Below are positions 41,591-55,521 of a DNA stretch of 64,000 nt, in pieces. This DNA is from Octopus vulgaris (taxonomy: Eukaryota): the NCBI GenBank assembly GCA_951406725.2, contig OX597836.1:43276001-43340000 (forward strand). The letters run 5' to 3'. Made by a program: the position numbers and the translations under genes. The notes under the pieces are model-generated. The model did no database searches. It saw nothing but the letters and a program-made list of their open reading frames with translations, and was not told where the DNA came from. How positions within the stretch are numbered: the first letter of the stretch is position 1; every line of letters begins with the position of its first letter.

Positions 41591-43147
41591 TCCCACCCGG
41601 GAGATATAAACAAATTAAAAACAGACTTAATATCCTGACATCCCTTCTACCGCCTTCCAGCAAGGGATCAGACCTGCATTCTATGATGTCCGCTGCCATT
41701 ATTTTTATTTAATCTTAGATGTAATTACATACATCCACATCTTATGCTGTCCACCCATCGTTTGCCTTGTTTTCCTCATACAAATAATATCCTGGAAGCT
41801 TTTCCTCTTCCGTTTTTAATACAAGGCTTGTGGTTTTGACTGCTATTTCTAATCACTCCGGCCTGTCATAGTAAGTATAAATTGCAAAGCAACAGTTAGT
41901 TACTGCAAGATAGAAAGCCACCCTTATAATTTGTTTTTTAATTAAGAAATACTAGCAGTATCGCCCGGCGTTGCTCGGGTTTGTAAGGGAAATAACTATA
42001 TAAGCATTTTTATAGATGTAAAGTATAATAGCCATCTCAATATGGCTAACCACAAAGGGTGGTGTTACTGTAGCTTTTTACGTTCTGAGATTTAATAATA
42101 CAGTTTTAGAGGGTTACTTCCTTATATAAACCGAGCGTTAATGCATTAAAAATGCGAAAAATTATGTTAATTTTTTTTTAAATCGTAGAATCATCGTAGA
42201 AACGCGCTAATACCCAGAAAGCCTCGATATGAATCACGACTATAAGATACCCGTTTTTAGTTAAACTGCACCGCAAAATGTGGGAGTAGTTAGGAATCTA
42301 AATCGTAGGAGACAGACACACAACTTCACTTTTAAATATAAAGATTTCAGAAAAGCAAGAAAATGTTTCCGATACGACTTACGAGATTTATGATACCTAA
42401 AAAGTAATTAATTTAGTAAAAGAGTAATAAATGTTTTACTGGTGAGATATAGAGTCACGTGAACATTACGGAATGTCGTAATTCGTACTTTGGATATTTT
42501 CGGTTTGAACGGCAGATTTTAATATAATTTATAGGTAACTAAAAAAATTTAAACTTCTTATACTGGTGGAATGTGTTTATAAAACATCTTTTTCTCTTGG
42601 CTTTATTGAGAAAATTCTATAGTTTGTAAGATATTTGTTGGGGTTTTTTTCTACAATTTCAACCAATCACTGACGTCTATTTAGGTAAACAACATTCTGC
42701 GCCGTAAAATATGTCCCTCGTTTAAAAAACAGACTAGGTTTATTTACATTTCTGGAGAAAAAAAAGATAACCCCCCCCTCTAACCCTAAAATAGATTGAT
42801 ATGCAATAAGATCGATACCAGGGTCATAATTATGGGTGACGATTTCATATAACACCGCTAGAAAAAACTGCCGTTCAAACCGAAAATATCCAATAATTTT
42901 CATTCACGTTTATTATCAAATCAACACAATTACAGAATACGCTTAGGATAATATCATTTTTAAAAAATAGAAATATTAAAATTCTCAGATTGAAAAGATT
43001 AAATAAAACAACTACTACGAAATAAAATAAAAGATATTACAAAATATGGAAGAACTAATTAAATACAGCTATATAAGTGAAAGTATAAATCAGTCACTGT
43101 ACTAAATAGAAATAGGTATAATATTTCTAAGCTAGGGTAAAACATTT

Positions 43148-43337
43148 ATCGCTTCTCGGCCTTTTGGCTAAGATCAAAGTGTAGTATCTGTTCTTATCAG
43201 CTTAATATCTGATACGGTCCCTATTTGGGACCATCGATATTAAACTGATTTTTAGAACGAGGCGAAGAGTTAGGGGCTTGCTCCGCCTTTGCCACGGGTT
43301 GGCCTGGTATAGCAGTACTTCCAGGATTCAGCCCATC
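43148..43337 (+). ncRNA. U2: U2 snRNA, copy 5
   Basis: Same sequence as copy 1. Confidence 0.97.
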
Positions 43338-44906
43338 TCCTACCCGGGAGATATAAACAAATTAAAAACAGACTTAATATCCTGACATCCCTTCTACCGC
43401 CTTCCAGCAAGGGATCAGACCTGCATTCTATGATGTCCGCTGCCATTATTTTTATTTAATCTTAGATGTAATTACATACATCCACATCTTATGCTGTCCA
43501 CCCATCGTTTGCCTTGTTTTCCTCATACAAATAATATCCTGGAAGCTTTTCGTCTTCCGTTTTTAATACAAGGCTTGTGGTTTTGACTGCTATTTCTAAT
43601 CACTCCGGTCTGTCATAGTAAGTATAAATTGCAAAGCAACAGTTAGTTACTGCAAGATAGAAAGCCACCCTTATAATTTGTTTTTTAATTAAGAAAAACT
43701 AGCAGTATCGCCCGGCGTTGCTCGGGTTTGTAAGGGAAATAACTATATAAGCATTTTTAGAGATGTAAAGTATAATAGCCATCTCAATATGGCTAACCAC
43801 AAAGGGGGGCTGTTACTGTAGCTTTTTACGTTCTGAGATTTAATAATACAGTTTTAGAGGGTTACTTCCCTTATATAAACCGAGCGTTAATGCATTAAAA
43901 ATGCGAAAAAATTATGTTAATTTTTTTTTAAATCGTAGAATCATCGTAGAAAATACCCAGCGCTAATACCCAGAAAGCACTCGATATGAATCACGACTAT
44001 AAGATACCCGTTTTTTGGTTAAACTGCACCGCAAAATGTGGGAGTAGTTAGGAATCTAAATCGTAGGAGACAGACACACAACTTCACTTTTAAATATAAA
44101 GATTTCAGAAAAGCAAGAAAATGTTTCCGATACGACTTACGAGATTTATGATACCTAAAAAGTAATTAATTTAGTAAAAGAGTAATAAATGTTTTACTGG
44201 TAAGATATAGAGTCACGTGAACATTACGGAATGTCGTAATTCGTACTTTGGATATTTTCGGTTTGAACGGCAGTTTTTAATATAATTTATAGGTAACTAA
44301 AAAAATTTTAAACTTCTTATACTGGTAGAATGTGTTTATAAAACATCTTTTTCTCTTGGCTTTATTGAGAAAATTCTATAGTTTGTAAGATATTTGTTGG
44401 GGTTTTTTTCTACAATTTCAACCAATCACTGACGTCTATTGAGGTAAACAACATTCTGCGCCGTAAAATATGTCCCTCGTTTAAAAAACAGACTAGGTTT
44501 ATTTACATTTCTGGAGAAAAAAAGATAACCCACCCCCTCTAACCCTAAAATAGATTGATATGCAATAAGATCGATACCAGGGTCATAATTATGGGTGACG
44601 ATTTCATATGACACCGCTAGAAAAAACTGCCGTTCAAACCGAAAATATCCAATAATTTTCATTCACGTTTATTATCAAATCAACACAATTACAGATTACG
44701 CTTAGGATAATATCATTTTTAAAAAATAGAAATATTAAAATTCTCAGATTGAAAAGATTAAATAAAACAACTACTACGAAATAAAATAAAAGATATTACA
44801 AAATATGGAAGAACTAATTAAATACAGCTATATAAGTGAAAGTATAAATCAGTCACTGTACTAAATAGAAATAGGTATAATATTTCTAAGCTAGAGTAAA
44901 AAATTT

Positions 44907-45096
44907 ATCGCTTCTCGGCCTTTTGGCTAAGATCAAAGTGTAGTATCTGTTCTTATCAGCTTAATATCTGATACGGTCCCTATTTGGGACCATCGATATT
45001 AAACTGATTTTTAGAACGAGGCGAAGAGTTAGGGGCTTGCTCCGCCTTTGCCACGGGTTGGCCTGGTATAGCAGTACTTCCAGGATTCAGCCCATC
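44907..45096 (+). ncRNA. U2: U2 snRNA, copy 6
   Basis: Same sequence as copy 1. Confidence 0.97.
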
Positions 45097-46653
45097 TCCC
45101 ACCCGGGAGATATAAACAAATTAAAAACAGACTTAATATCCTGACATCCCTTCCCGCCTTCCAGCAAGGGATCAGACCTGCATTCTATGATGTCCGCTGC
45201 CGTTATTTTTATTTAATCTTAGATGTAATTACATACATCCACATCTTTTGCTGTCCACCCATCCTTTGCCTTGTTTTCATACAAATAATATCCTGGAAGC
45301 TTTTCGTCTTCCGTTTTTAATACAAGGCTTGTGGTTTTGACTGCTATTTCTAATCACTCCGGTCTGTCATAGTAAGTATAAATTGCAAAGCAACAGTTAG
45401 TTACTGCAAGATAGAAAGCCACCCTTATAATTTGTTTTTTAATTAAGAAAACTAGCAGTATCGCCCGGCGTTGCTCGGGTTTGTAAGGGAAATAACTATA
45501 TAAGCATTTTTAGAGATGTAAAGTATAATAGCCATCTCAATATGGCTAACCACAAAGGGGGGGGCTGTTACTGTAGCTTTTTACGTTCTGAGATTTAATA
45601 ATACAGTTTTAGAGGGTTACTTCCCTTATATAAACCGAGCGTTAATGCATTAAAAATGCGAAAAAATTATGTTAATTTTTTTTTAAATCGTAGAATCATC
45701 GTAGAAACGCGCTAATACCCAGAAAGCCTCGATATGAATCACGACTATAAGATACCCGTTTTTGGTTAAACTGCACCGCAAAATGTGGGAGTAGTTAGGA
45801 ATCTAAATCGTAGGAGACAGACACACAACTTCACTTTTAAATATAAAGATTTCAGAAAAGCAAGAAAATGTTTCCGATACGACTTACGAGATTTATGATA
45901 CCTAAAAAATAATTAATTTAGTAAAAGAGTAATAAATGTTTTACTGGTAAGATATAGAGTCACGTGAACATTACGGAATGTCGTAATTCGTACTTTGGAT
46001 ATTTTCGGTTTGAACGGCAGTTTTTAATATAATTTATAGGTAACTAAAAAATTTTAAACTTCTTATACTGGTAGAATGTGTTTATAAAACATCTTTTTCT
46101 CTTGGCTTTATTGAGAAAATTCTATAGTTTGTAAGATATTTGTTGGGGTTTTTTTCTACAATTTCAACCAATCACTGACGTCTATTGAAGTAAACAACAT
46201 TCTGTGCCGTATGAATATGTCCCTCGTTTAAGAAACAGACTAGGTTTATTTACATTTCTGGAGAAAAAAAAGATAATCCCCCCTCTAACCCTAAAATAGA
46301 TTGAAATGCAATAAGATCGATACCAGGGTCATAATTATGGGTGACGATTTCATATGACACCGCTAGAAAAAACTGCCGTTCAAACCGAAAATATCCAATA
46401 ATTTTCATTCACGTTTATTATCAAATCAACACAATTACAGATTACGCTTAGGATAATATCATTTTTAGAAAAATAGAAATATTAAAATTCTCAGATTGAA
46501 AAGATTAAATAAAACAATCACTACGAAATAAAATAAAAGATATTACAAAATATGTAAGAACTAATTAAATACAGCTATATAAGTGAAAGTATAAATCAGT
46601 CACTGTACTAAATAGAAATAGGTATAATAGTTCTAAGCTAGTGTAAAAAATTT

Positions 46654-46843
46654 ATCGCTTCTCGGCCTTTTGGCTAAGATCAAAGTGTAGTATCTGTTCT
46701 TATCAGCTTAATATCTGATACGGTCCCTATTTGGGACCATCGATATTAAACTGATTTTTAGAACGAGGCGAAGAGTTAGGGGCTTGCTCCGCCTTTGCCA
46801 CGGGTTGGCCTGGTATAGCAGTACTTCCAGGATTCAGCCCATC
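46654..46843 (+). ncRNA. U2: U2 snRNA, copy 7
   Basis: Same sequence as copy 1. Confidence 0.97.
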
Positions 46844-47973
46844 TCCCACCCGGGAGATATAAACAAATTAAAAACAGACTTAATATCCTGACATCCCTTC
46901 CAGCAAGGGATCAGACCTGCATTCTATGATGTCCGCTGCCGTTATTTTTATTTAATCTTAGATGTAATTACATACATCCACATCTTTTGCTGTCCACCCA
47001 TCCTCATACAAATAATATCCTGGAAGCTTTTCGTCTTCCGTTTTTAATACAAGGCTTGTGGTTTTGACTGCTATTTCTAATCACTCCGGTCTGTCATAGT
47101 AAGTATAAATTGCAGAGCAACAGTTGGTTACTGCAAGATAGAAAGCACCCTTATAATTTGTTTTTTAATTAAGAAATACTAGCAGTATCGCCCGGCGTTG
47201 CTCGGGTTTGTAAGGGAAATAACTATATAAGCATTTTTACAGATATAAAGTATAATAGCCATCTCAATATGGCTAACCACAAAGGGGGGGGGCTGTTACT
47301 GTAGCTTTTTACGTTCTGAGATTTAATAATACAGTTTTAGAGAGTTACTTCCCTTATATAAACCGAGCGAAAATGCATTAAAAATGCGGAAAAATTATGT
47401 TAAATTTTTTTTTAAATCGTAGACTCATCGTAGACGCGCGCTAATACCCAGAAGGGCTCGATATGAATCACGACTATAAGATTCCCGGTTTTGGTTAGAC
47501 TGCACCGCAAAATGTGAGATTAGTTAGGAATCTAAATCGTAGGAGACAGACACCACACAACTTCAGTTTTATATTTTTTTTTTTTTTTTTTTTTTTTTGT
47601 ACTTGTTTCAGTCATTTGACTGCGGCCATGCTGGAGCACCGCCTTTAGAGTGGTGAAAGAGTACAGCAGGGATCACCACCTCCTGCCGGAGCCTCGTGGA
47701 GCTTTTAGGTGTTTTTTTCGCTCAATAAACACACACAACGCCCGGTCTGGGAATCGAAACCGCGATCCTCCGATATATAGAGATTTTCTTCAAACTTTAC
47801 TTTTGTTACATCTGTTCACACCCCAAAAGAATCCCTCTCAAAACTTGGCTGTGTTGCTCCCCGACAACTCCTGCCCGTGTTCAAAGATGCACATATTGCC
47901 AGTCACTAAGGAACATGCTCAAGCAGACGACAAGCAAATCATATTGTGTGTGTGCGTGTGTGTTTGTGTGTAC

Positions 47974-48005
<32 letters not shown>

Positions 48006-49000
48006 ACATAGGCGTAGGAGTGGCTGTGTGGTAAGCAACTTACTTACCAACCACATGTTTCCGGGTTCAGTTTCATTGCGTGTCACTTTGGCCAAGTGTC
48101 TTGTACTATGTATGTATGCATGTACGTACGTATGTATTCGTATATACATACCTATTTCTTTACTACCCATAAGGGGCTAAACACAGAGAGGACAAATAAG
48201 GACAGACAAACGGATTAAGTCGATTATATCGACTCCAGTGCGTAACTGGTACTTAATTTATCGACCCTGAAAGGATGAAAGGCAAAGTCGACCTCGGCGG
48301 AATTTGAACTCATAACGTAACGGCTGACGAAATACAGCTACGCATTTCGCCCAGCGTGCTAACGGTTCTGCCAGCTCGCGGCTCGTGCATAGGCACTGCG
48401 GAACTGCAGCATCCCCGTATTTCCCCTCGATATTATCATTAACATTCAATATAATGAGCCCCTTTTTCTTTAATTCTTTCTTTATACTTATACATTATAT
48501 AATCCTTAACCATAATATCAGTAGCTATACCTTAGTTTATAAAAAAAATACAAAAATCCTTGTGCGCTTCACAGTTCCAGCGACGCGGTGTTTGGTTGTT
48601 GTGTGCATGCTCACATGTCCGAGATAGGAAGCTGCACGCTAGAAAGAGAGAGCACTGTCGTTCACGCAGTGCCGACCCTGGTGTGCTGGTGAAAGGTAGT
48701 GTTTCCTTTTTGACTCCGCGTGTGCTTAAAAACGTGTTTATATTCTGGAATGTGATAAAGTAAAGAATTAGATTATTATCCTGCTTCCAGCTACAGTGCT
48801 GCTGCGAGGATTCGAAAAATAGGGCAGATTCTCCTCCCCCTATTTTGTTATTTGGTGGGGGGGAATTTTTGAGAAACAAGGGGGAATTCGCGGCGGTGTT
48901 CAGTGAACAAATTAAACACACTACCCGGCAGTGGCTAAAACGCGAACCGATCAAGTTTCTATATACATTTTCTTATTATATGTTTGTTTCCTTTTACTAT

Positions 49001-49173
49001 AGGCGTAGGAGTGGCTGTGTGGTAAGTAGCTTGCTTACCAACCACATGGTTCCGGGTTCAGTCCCACTGCGTGGCACCTCGGGCAAGTGTCTTCTACTAT
49101 AGCTTCGGACCGACCAAAGCCTTGTGAGTGGATTTGGTAGACGGAAACTGAAAGAAACCCGTCGTATATATGC

Positions 49174-49254
<81 letters not shown>

Positions 49255-49294
49255 TGTATGTATGTATGTATGTATGTATGTATGTATGTATGTA

Positions 49295-49364
<70 letters not shown>

Positions 49365-49583
49365 TGTGTCTGTGTTTGTCCCCCCAACATCGCTTGACAA
49401 TCGATGCTGGTGTGTTTACGTCCCCGAAACTAACTTAGCGTTTCGGCAAAAGTGACCGATAGAATAAGTACTGGGCTTACAAAAGAATAAGTCCTGGGGT
49501 CGATTTGCTCGACTAAAGGCGGTGCTCCAGCATGGCCACAGTCACGTGACTGAAACAAGTAAAAGAGTATAAGAGTAAAAGAG
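49001..49583 (+). mobile_element. SINE family 1 with an expanded (~200 bp) internal microsatellite
   Basis: Complete head, core and tail; (TA)n(TATG)n(TG)n inside. Confidence 0.85.
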
Positions 49584-50119
49584 TAGTATTAAAACAACGG
49601 CTAAAAATTTCCTGAAGCAGCACCCCCACCCCCACCCCCCACTAATTTTATCTCCGAGCCACCACTGATACGCACACCCACACACATGCAAAATGTGTCT
49701 TTAAATTCTTTGCTGATTGCCGATTTAACTTTAATGAACGTAATTTATGCGGTAATGAACTTGAAGGACATCAAAGGAAAAGTGTGTAAAATTATATTAC
49801 ATTAACATAACAACATTAGACTTGCAGAGATATGGCGAAAAGTTTAAATATAGAAAACTGGGATATTTTTAATGACGTTTATTTATCGTAGTAAATGTTT
49901 GATAAAACATCATGGGAAAATAGGTAAAACTATATAAGCAAGCTATTGAATTAGGGATCGCAAAGTCAGCGTTATTGTGAATTTTATGACGGAGAATGTT
50001 CTAATTAAGAGGATATTAAAACCGCAATTTACTGCAAGAAGAGAAGTTGTTTGTCTTGCAAACATTAAACTGCTCCCGATGGTGATGTTCCAGTTAAAGA
50101 GTTTTAACGTGTATGAAGC

Positions 50120-50655
50120 TTACTTACTTGTACTTGTGGCGACATTCACCCTGGGCGGGTTGAGTCGTCTTCTTCTACCACCCTCGACGCATCTCGAACC
50201 ATGGCAGCCCACGCACGACGGTCCTGCGCCAGTTCGCTGGAGATTGCGAGCCAGTCACGGTCCCATCGGCGCAGGCCGACCACCTGCGGTCCCGTGAGCA
50301 CGGAGAGGTCCTCCTTGATCGTCGTAGCCCAGGTCTTCAGCTGCCCGCCCGCGCGTTTCCGCCAGTTGCGAAGCGGAGTTGGGAGAAGGACATCACGGCT
50401 CAGTTCACTCACCGGACGCCTACATGCATGGCCAAACCACCGCAAGTGCCGTTGCAGGACAGATGGAAGGGGCCGTAGAGACGGGCGAAATCGGAGATTA
50501 GCAGTGGGAACTCGATCCACCCGACGGCAGCGAAGAATGCACCGGAGGCAGTCATTGTCGAAGACTTCCAGCCTTCGTTGATCGACCACCCGCATAGGTC
50601 ATGTTTCACAGCCATAGAGAAGTACTGTACGGACGACGGCCTGATATATTCGCCC
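50120..50655 (-). mobile_element. RTE-clade LINE 3' fragment
   Basis: IYQAVVRTVLLYGCET...LEVFDNDCLRCIL...LRWFGHACR...KTWATTIKEDL...AQDRRAW; short repeat tail CAAGTACAAGTAAGTAAG. Confidence 0.75.
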
Positions 50656-50921
50656 TGATATATATCTCAAAATATATCTTCTACGTATGAAGCTGCCTGT
50701 TACAAAGCTTGGAGGGACAGGGCATTTCATGTTCGGTGGACTTCTTATACATAAAAGTTAAAATCCACGACAAATCACCAAATTTACTTCTCAAAATATA
50801 TATGTTGCATGTAAATGAATTTGACCAGCTAACCCCTAAAAGTTTAAATGCAACTGTCAATGCAAAACTTTGTCATCTAAACAAAGTGCAATAAATTTTC
50901 CCACCTTATTGCTATATACTA

Positions 50922-51487
50922 TTGGGTTGTCCGGAAAGTTCGTGCTGATTTGTAGTAGCTTACCTTTCCATTTATTTTAGAACATGGTTGAGTCCATAAA
51001 ATAGGATTTGACTACGCCTCCATTTAGAGCACAGTTTAAGCTATCTTTTCGTGGAAGAAGGTTTATGTTCCTATAACCTGTGTTAATTCTGTAACCCTTT
51101 AAAATGGAAGATAAGAAAGTTCATTTTCGGCACTTGATTCTTTGGGAACCAGACAAAAATTGCTGCAGCTCGGCTGGAATGTGTTACACCACCCTCCATA
51201 TTCACTAAATATTGCTCCTTCGGATTTCCACTTATTCAGGCCCCTGCAGAATAGTCTTAATGGTAAAAATTTCAATTCCTTGGATGACGTAAAAAGATAC
51301 TTCGATGAATTCTTTGCTATGAAACCACCTCAATTCTGGGAAGAGGCTATTTTCAAGTTAAAGGAAAGATGGAGACGCATTGTGCAACAAAATGGTTCAT
51401 ATTTGGTTGATTGAAAATGCAATGGCAAATATTTATTGACCTTTTTCTTTCCTTTAAAAATCGTCACGAACTTTCCGGACAATTCAA
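50922..51487 (+). mobile_element. Internally deleted mariner element
   Basis: TIRs TTGGGTTGTCCGGAAAGTTCGTG / CACGAACTTTCCGGACAATTCAA. N-terminal MEDKKVHFRHLI is joined to C-terminal LGWNVLHHPPYSLNIAPSDFHLF (YSPDLAPSD-type motif)...RWRRIVQQNGSY. Confidence 0.85.
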
Positions 51488-51559
51488 TGCTATAATACTC
51501 AGAAAAATTCTTTCTTTCAACACTTGGCATCTGAAAAATCTTTAATGATTTTTCTCAAA

Positions 51560-52360
51560 CTGTATCAGATTTTGAACACTACTCTCTACATCCAGAAAGC
51601 ACAGAGCATGCTTCATCGTGATTCTCAGATAATGCTTTATCAGATCTAATTTTCTGAATACCCTCTCTCCTGAACAACGAGTGACCATCAAACTCGAATA
51701 TATTCTAAGAGCTGCATCAACATTTGGAAAAGAATCAGCAAACCCTTTATCAAGGACTAGCACTATGACCCAGCAACACCGGGTCATAGTGCTAGTGCAT
51801 GCATATACAGCTGCGTGCGTGCGCACATACACGCGAGTACTGTCCAAATCTCTGACCACTCACAAACAGCTAGCTGGCATTCAATTGGTGTATCAAATTC
51901 CGGGCATTTTGATTGGGTTTTGGATAGAAAATTCACAAAAAAGTCACTTCTATTGATTTTTTTAATGGCTTTGCGGGGTGACTGGGGAAATGTAAAGATG
52001 TGCACGAGCACCCTTGGACGGTTTTGAATCCCCATAGAAAGTGCGAGACCTCTAACTGAAAAATTGTGGATTTGTATAAAGGACACACACACACAGACAG
52101 ACATTTTGCCGTTTATATATAGAGAGATTAAAGGTGTTTGTTGAAGTGGAATGAAACATGATCTGAGCTCACAAAAACTTGCAAACCGTGCAATTTCCTC
52201 TATGAACACATTACTAAAATCACAGGGGAAATTGGTGATGAGTCTATCTGCTTCAGTTCTTATCGCTGGGTTTGGTAAACTACATAAGTTTACTCCAACT
52301 TTGAGCTTGTCATGCGCTGATTTGTGAGCAACTCTGCGTTTGTGTAAAGCAACAGACAAC
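51560..52360 (-). mobile_element. Decayed hAT transposase C-terminal (dimerisation) remnant
   Basis: FPNVDAALRIYSSLMVTRCSGERVFRKLDLIKHYLRITM resembles the hATC S..ERSFS.L..IK..LR..M motif. It is interrupted by the 51870-52127 element. Confidence 0.6.
51870..52127 (-). mobile_element. Second short Helitron-like element (family B)
   Basis: Minus strand begins TCTCTCTATATATAAA...(TG)n and ends GCCAGCTAG. Confidence 0.5.
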
Positions 52361-53239
52361 TTGATCTAAAAGGACATTGAAAGTCCTACATATGAGTTTT
52401 TCTGTTGCAGAAAGGACGACAGGGGTGACGTTCTGATGGAGAGGTTAAAGAAAGGCAAAGAGAGAGAGAGAGGGTGATAGAGGGGTGAGCTAGAGGGGAG
52501 AGAGGGGTAAAGAGGGGAGAGAGAGAGAGAGATATGGGAGAGGGAGAGAGAGAGAAATGGGAGAGAGATGATGATGATGGTGGTGGTGGTGGTGATGGTT
52601 TAGGTGGTGATTGTATAGTGAAAAGTGTATATTTTCCAATTGAACAAAGCTTTTTATATCATCTATCACTTAACGCATGCGCATAAGTGCAATTCCGTGA
52701 AATATTCACGCTTATTCACCTGGCAGATATATACAATTTAACTAAAGGTCGTATCATGTATGGGATATTGTTTATGGGGAAAATGGAAAAGTAAGAATGA
52801 ATATTTATTTTATGAGTGCTGTGTATTATTAAATCTATAAAATTGTGTATAAAGTATATAAAGTGTATATATATATATATATATATATATAGTAATCATC
52901 GTTGTTACACATTCATATCTATGTGTATACGTAGGCATACGTGTGTAGAATACATCCCCACTTTTGGCACTATTTTGTTAGTGAACAGTATGAACTGTGT
53001 CTAAAAGTATTCATGTATCACTACGCTGAATGTGGACAGTTCGTGTAACGTGAAAAGTAAATAAACACGTAAAACAATAACAATGCCTTCATTTGAGTTG
53101 TCTTTCCCATTAGAACGAATTAACACATAACAATCGTATTCCAGTTTCCTTCACTTTTCAATGAGTTTTTATAATGGGAAGGCAAGGTTTACGATATCGG
53201 AAGAATATCGTCTTCTTCCATCATCTTTTTTGTTCTTTG

Positions 53240-53668
53240 TGTAGTTCAGGCTTCCGACAGGCAAAGAGAGAAGACTTCAAGTACAAATGCTATTTACAAC
53301 TGGTTTATTTACAGGTTTTACAGGATAGGTGAAGTGTGCTGCTCTCAGCTACCATCTTTAGCTGCATGCGTTGTGCAGTAGCTCCGTTAGTGCGGGGGCG
53401 CATTACCTCTGGAGATGCAACCTACAGACAGGACCAGCCAGTGGCGGTGTTCAGCCAGTGATGCTGTGAAGTGGCGCCAAAAAAGAGAGAGGTCTGAATC
53501 GGGTTTTCCCTTTATATAGTTTTCCATCGCGAGCCACGTTGTGATCTGGCGCATGGCAAATGGATGCAGGTGAGGTCTCGTTCCACTCTCGGAGATGGCA
53601 ATGGCTGGACCTGTCTGTAGGTTGTATCTCCAGATTGGAATATGGCGCTGACTGCTTGTGCCGCTACA
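53240..53668 (-). mobile_element. Possible solo LTR
   Basis: TGTAG...CTACA termini. Minus-strand TATATAAA precedes AATAAA by ~200 nt. Internal ~33-bp inverted duplication. No TSD seen. Confidence 0.35.
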
Positions 53669-53716
53669 GAGTAATAGTGCGTCCATGCTGCCAACAAAGC
53701 ACGCGGAATTCTGTTC

Positions 53717-54300
53717 TTGATTCGACGGTCATTCGGAATGCTCACAGCAGCCATATTCCTATCGCTCTATGTCACGCTGGTGAGACCCATATTGGAGTAC
53801 GGGATTCAAGCCTCTTCTCCTTATCTCCTCAAAGACATACAGCATCTCGAAAGAGTCCAGAAGCTGGCTACCCGTATGGTTCATGGTCTCAAGAATTTAT
53901 CTTATGAAGAAAGGCTGAAGACGCTCGACCTTTATTCTCTAGAAAAACGTGGTGATCTCATTCTCGCTCACAACATCATAAGCGGAAAGTGTAACCTCTC
54001 GAAGGAGCTGTTCTTCACTCCTGCTCCAGAGCGTCGGCTGCGGGGTCATTCTGAAAAGCTCTACATGCGACGATTTCATCTCAATCGAAGGAGAGGGGTT
54101 TTCTCCGTCCGGGTTGCGGATCCGTGGAACAAGCTGCCAGACGAGATGGTGAAGATGCCGACGACCGCTCGGTTCAAAGTATCCCTTGACCACAAGTGGC
54201 CTGAACTCTTTACATGAACACCACCCTGTACTTAATTCCATGTCCCCCTACATGGCCTTGCTTTTTGCTTTTGAGCCAAAAAATTAACTAACTAACTAAC
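53717..54300 (+). mobile_element. CR1/L2-group LINE 3' fragment
   Basis: LYVTLVRPILEY...LERVQKLATRMV.GLKNLSYEERL..LDLYSLEKR...LRGH..KL...FSVRV...WNKLP; (TAAC)n tail at ~54285-54300. Confidence 0.85.
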
Positions 54301-54537
54301 ATGAGTGACTATCTTTCAATACAGACACAACACAGGCTATACCTTCAGGGTTTTTTGGATAAAATTTTCAGAAATAACCCAGTAAGTTTACCATTAATTC
54401 CGTGAAATATTTACGGGTTCCGCTTGTGTAAATAAATAAATAAATAAATAAATAAGCGTCACATTTGGCGAAGTAATCTGAATGCTAAAGAGTTAAACAA
54501 ACAACGATGGCGCCCCCACCACCGGCACCCCTGTCAT

Positions 54538-54572
<35 letters not shown>

Positions 54573-54604
54573 ACACTATTTTAACCTTGTCAAATATCTT
54601 GTTT

Positions 54605-55171
54605 GTGGAGGCGCGTGGCTTGGTGGTTAGGGTGTCAGCATCATGATCGTAAGATTGTGGTTTCGATTCTTGGACCGAGCGACGCGTTGTGTTCTTGAGC
54701 AAAACACTTCATTTCACGTTGCTCCAGTCCACTCAGCTGGCAAAAATGAGTAACGCTGCGATGGACTGGTGTCTCGTCCAGCTGGGGAACACATACGCCA
54801 TTGAAACCGGGTAACCGGGCCCATGAGCCTGGCTAGGCTTTAAAAGGGCGTGTTTATCTTGGAGGCGCAATGGCCCAGTGGTTAAGGCAGCAGATTCGCG
54901 GTCGGAGGATCGCGGTTTCGATTCCCAGACTGGGCGTTGTGTGTGTTTATTGAGCGAAAACACCTAAAAGCTCCACGAGGCTCTGGCAAGGGGTGGCGGC
55001 GGCCCCTGTTGTACTCTTTCGCCACAACTTTCTCTCACTCTCTCTTCCTGTTCCTTGAGTTACGCTGCGATGGACTGGCGTCCCGTCCAGCTAGGGGCAA
55101 CACATACGCCACAGAAACTGGGAAACCGGGCAACCGGGCCCATGAGCCTGGCTAGGCTTTAAAAAGGGGCG
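54605..55171 (+). mobile_element. Two adjacent SINEs (family 4 at 54605-54850; family 3/4 chimera at 54860-55171)
   Basis: Two tRNA-like heads sharing the 3' module GCGATGGACTGG...GAGCCTGGCTAGGCTTTAAAA. Confidence 0.8.
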
Positions 55172-55245
55172 CAGTTATTATTTTTTTATTTTAAATGTCT
55201 TGTTTACTCGCTGTCGTTATTTCTATGTATTTTATGAGGTCATTC

Positions 55246-55279
55246 ACACACGCACACACACACACATGCACAAACACAC

Positions 55280-55331
<52 letters not shown>

Positions 55332-55342
55332 GCGCACACGCG

Positions 55343-55381
<39 letters not shown>

Positions 55382-55406
55382 GCACACAAACACACACACG
55401 CACACA

Positions 55407-55460
<54 letters not shown>

Positions 55461-55521
55461 GACACACACACAGACACACAAACACACACGCACACACGCA
55501 CACACACACACACACACACAC
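55246..55521. repeat. Imperfect (CA)n microsatellite
   Basis: Directly visible. Confidence 0.95.

Larger units (their letters stand above)
29510..47573 (+). repeat. U2 snRNA tandem array: seven ~1.73-1.76-kb units (Helitron + spacer + MITE + U2 promoter + U2 + 3' flank)
   Basis: U2 starts at 30609, 32359, 34090/39663, 41401, 43148, 44907, 46654 (spacings 1750, 1731, 1738, 1747, 1759, 1747). Units are near-identical. Confidence 0.95.
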
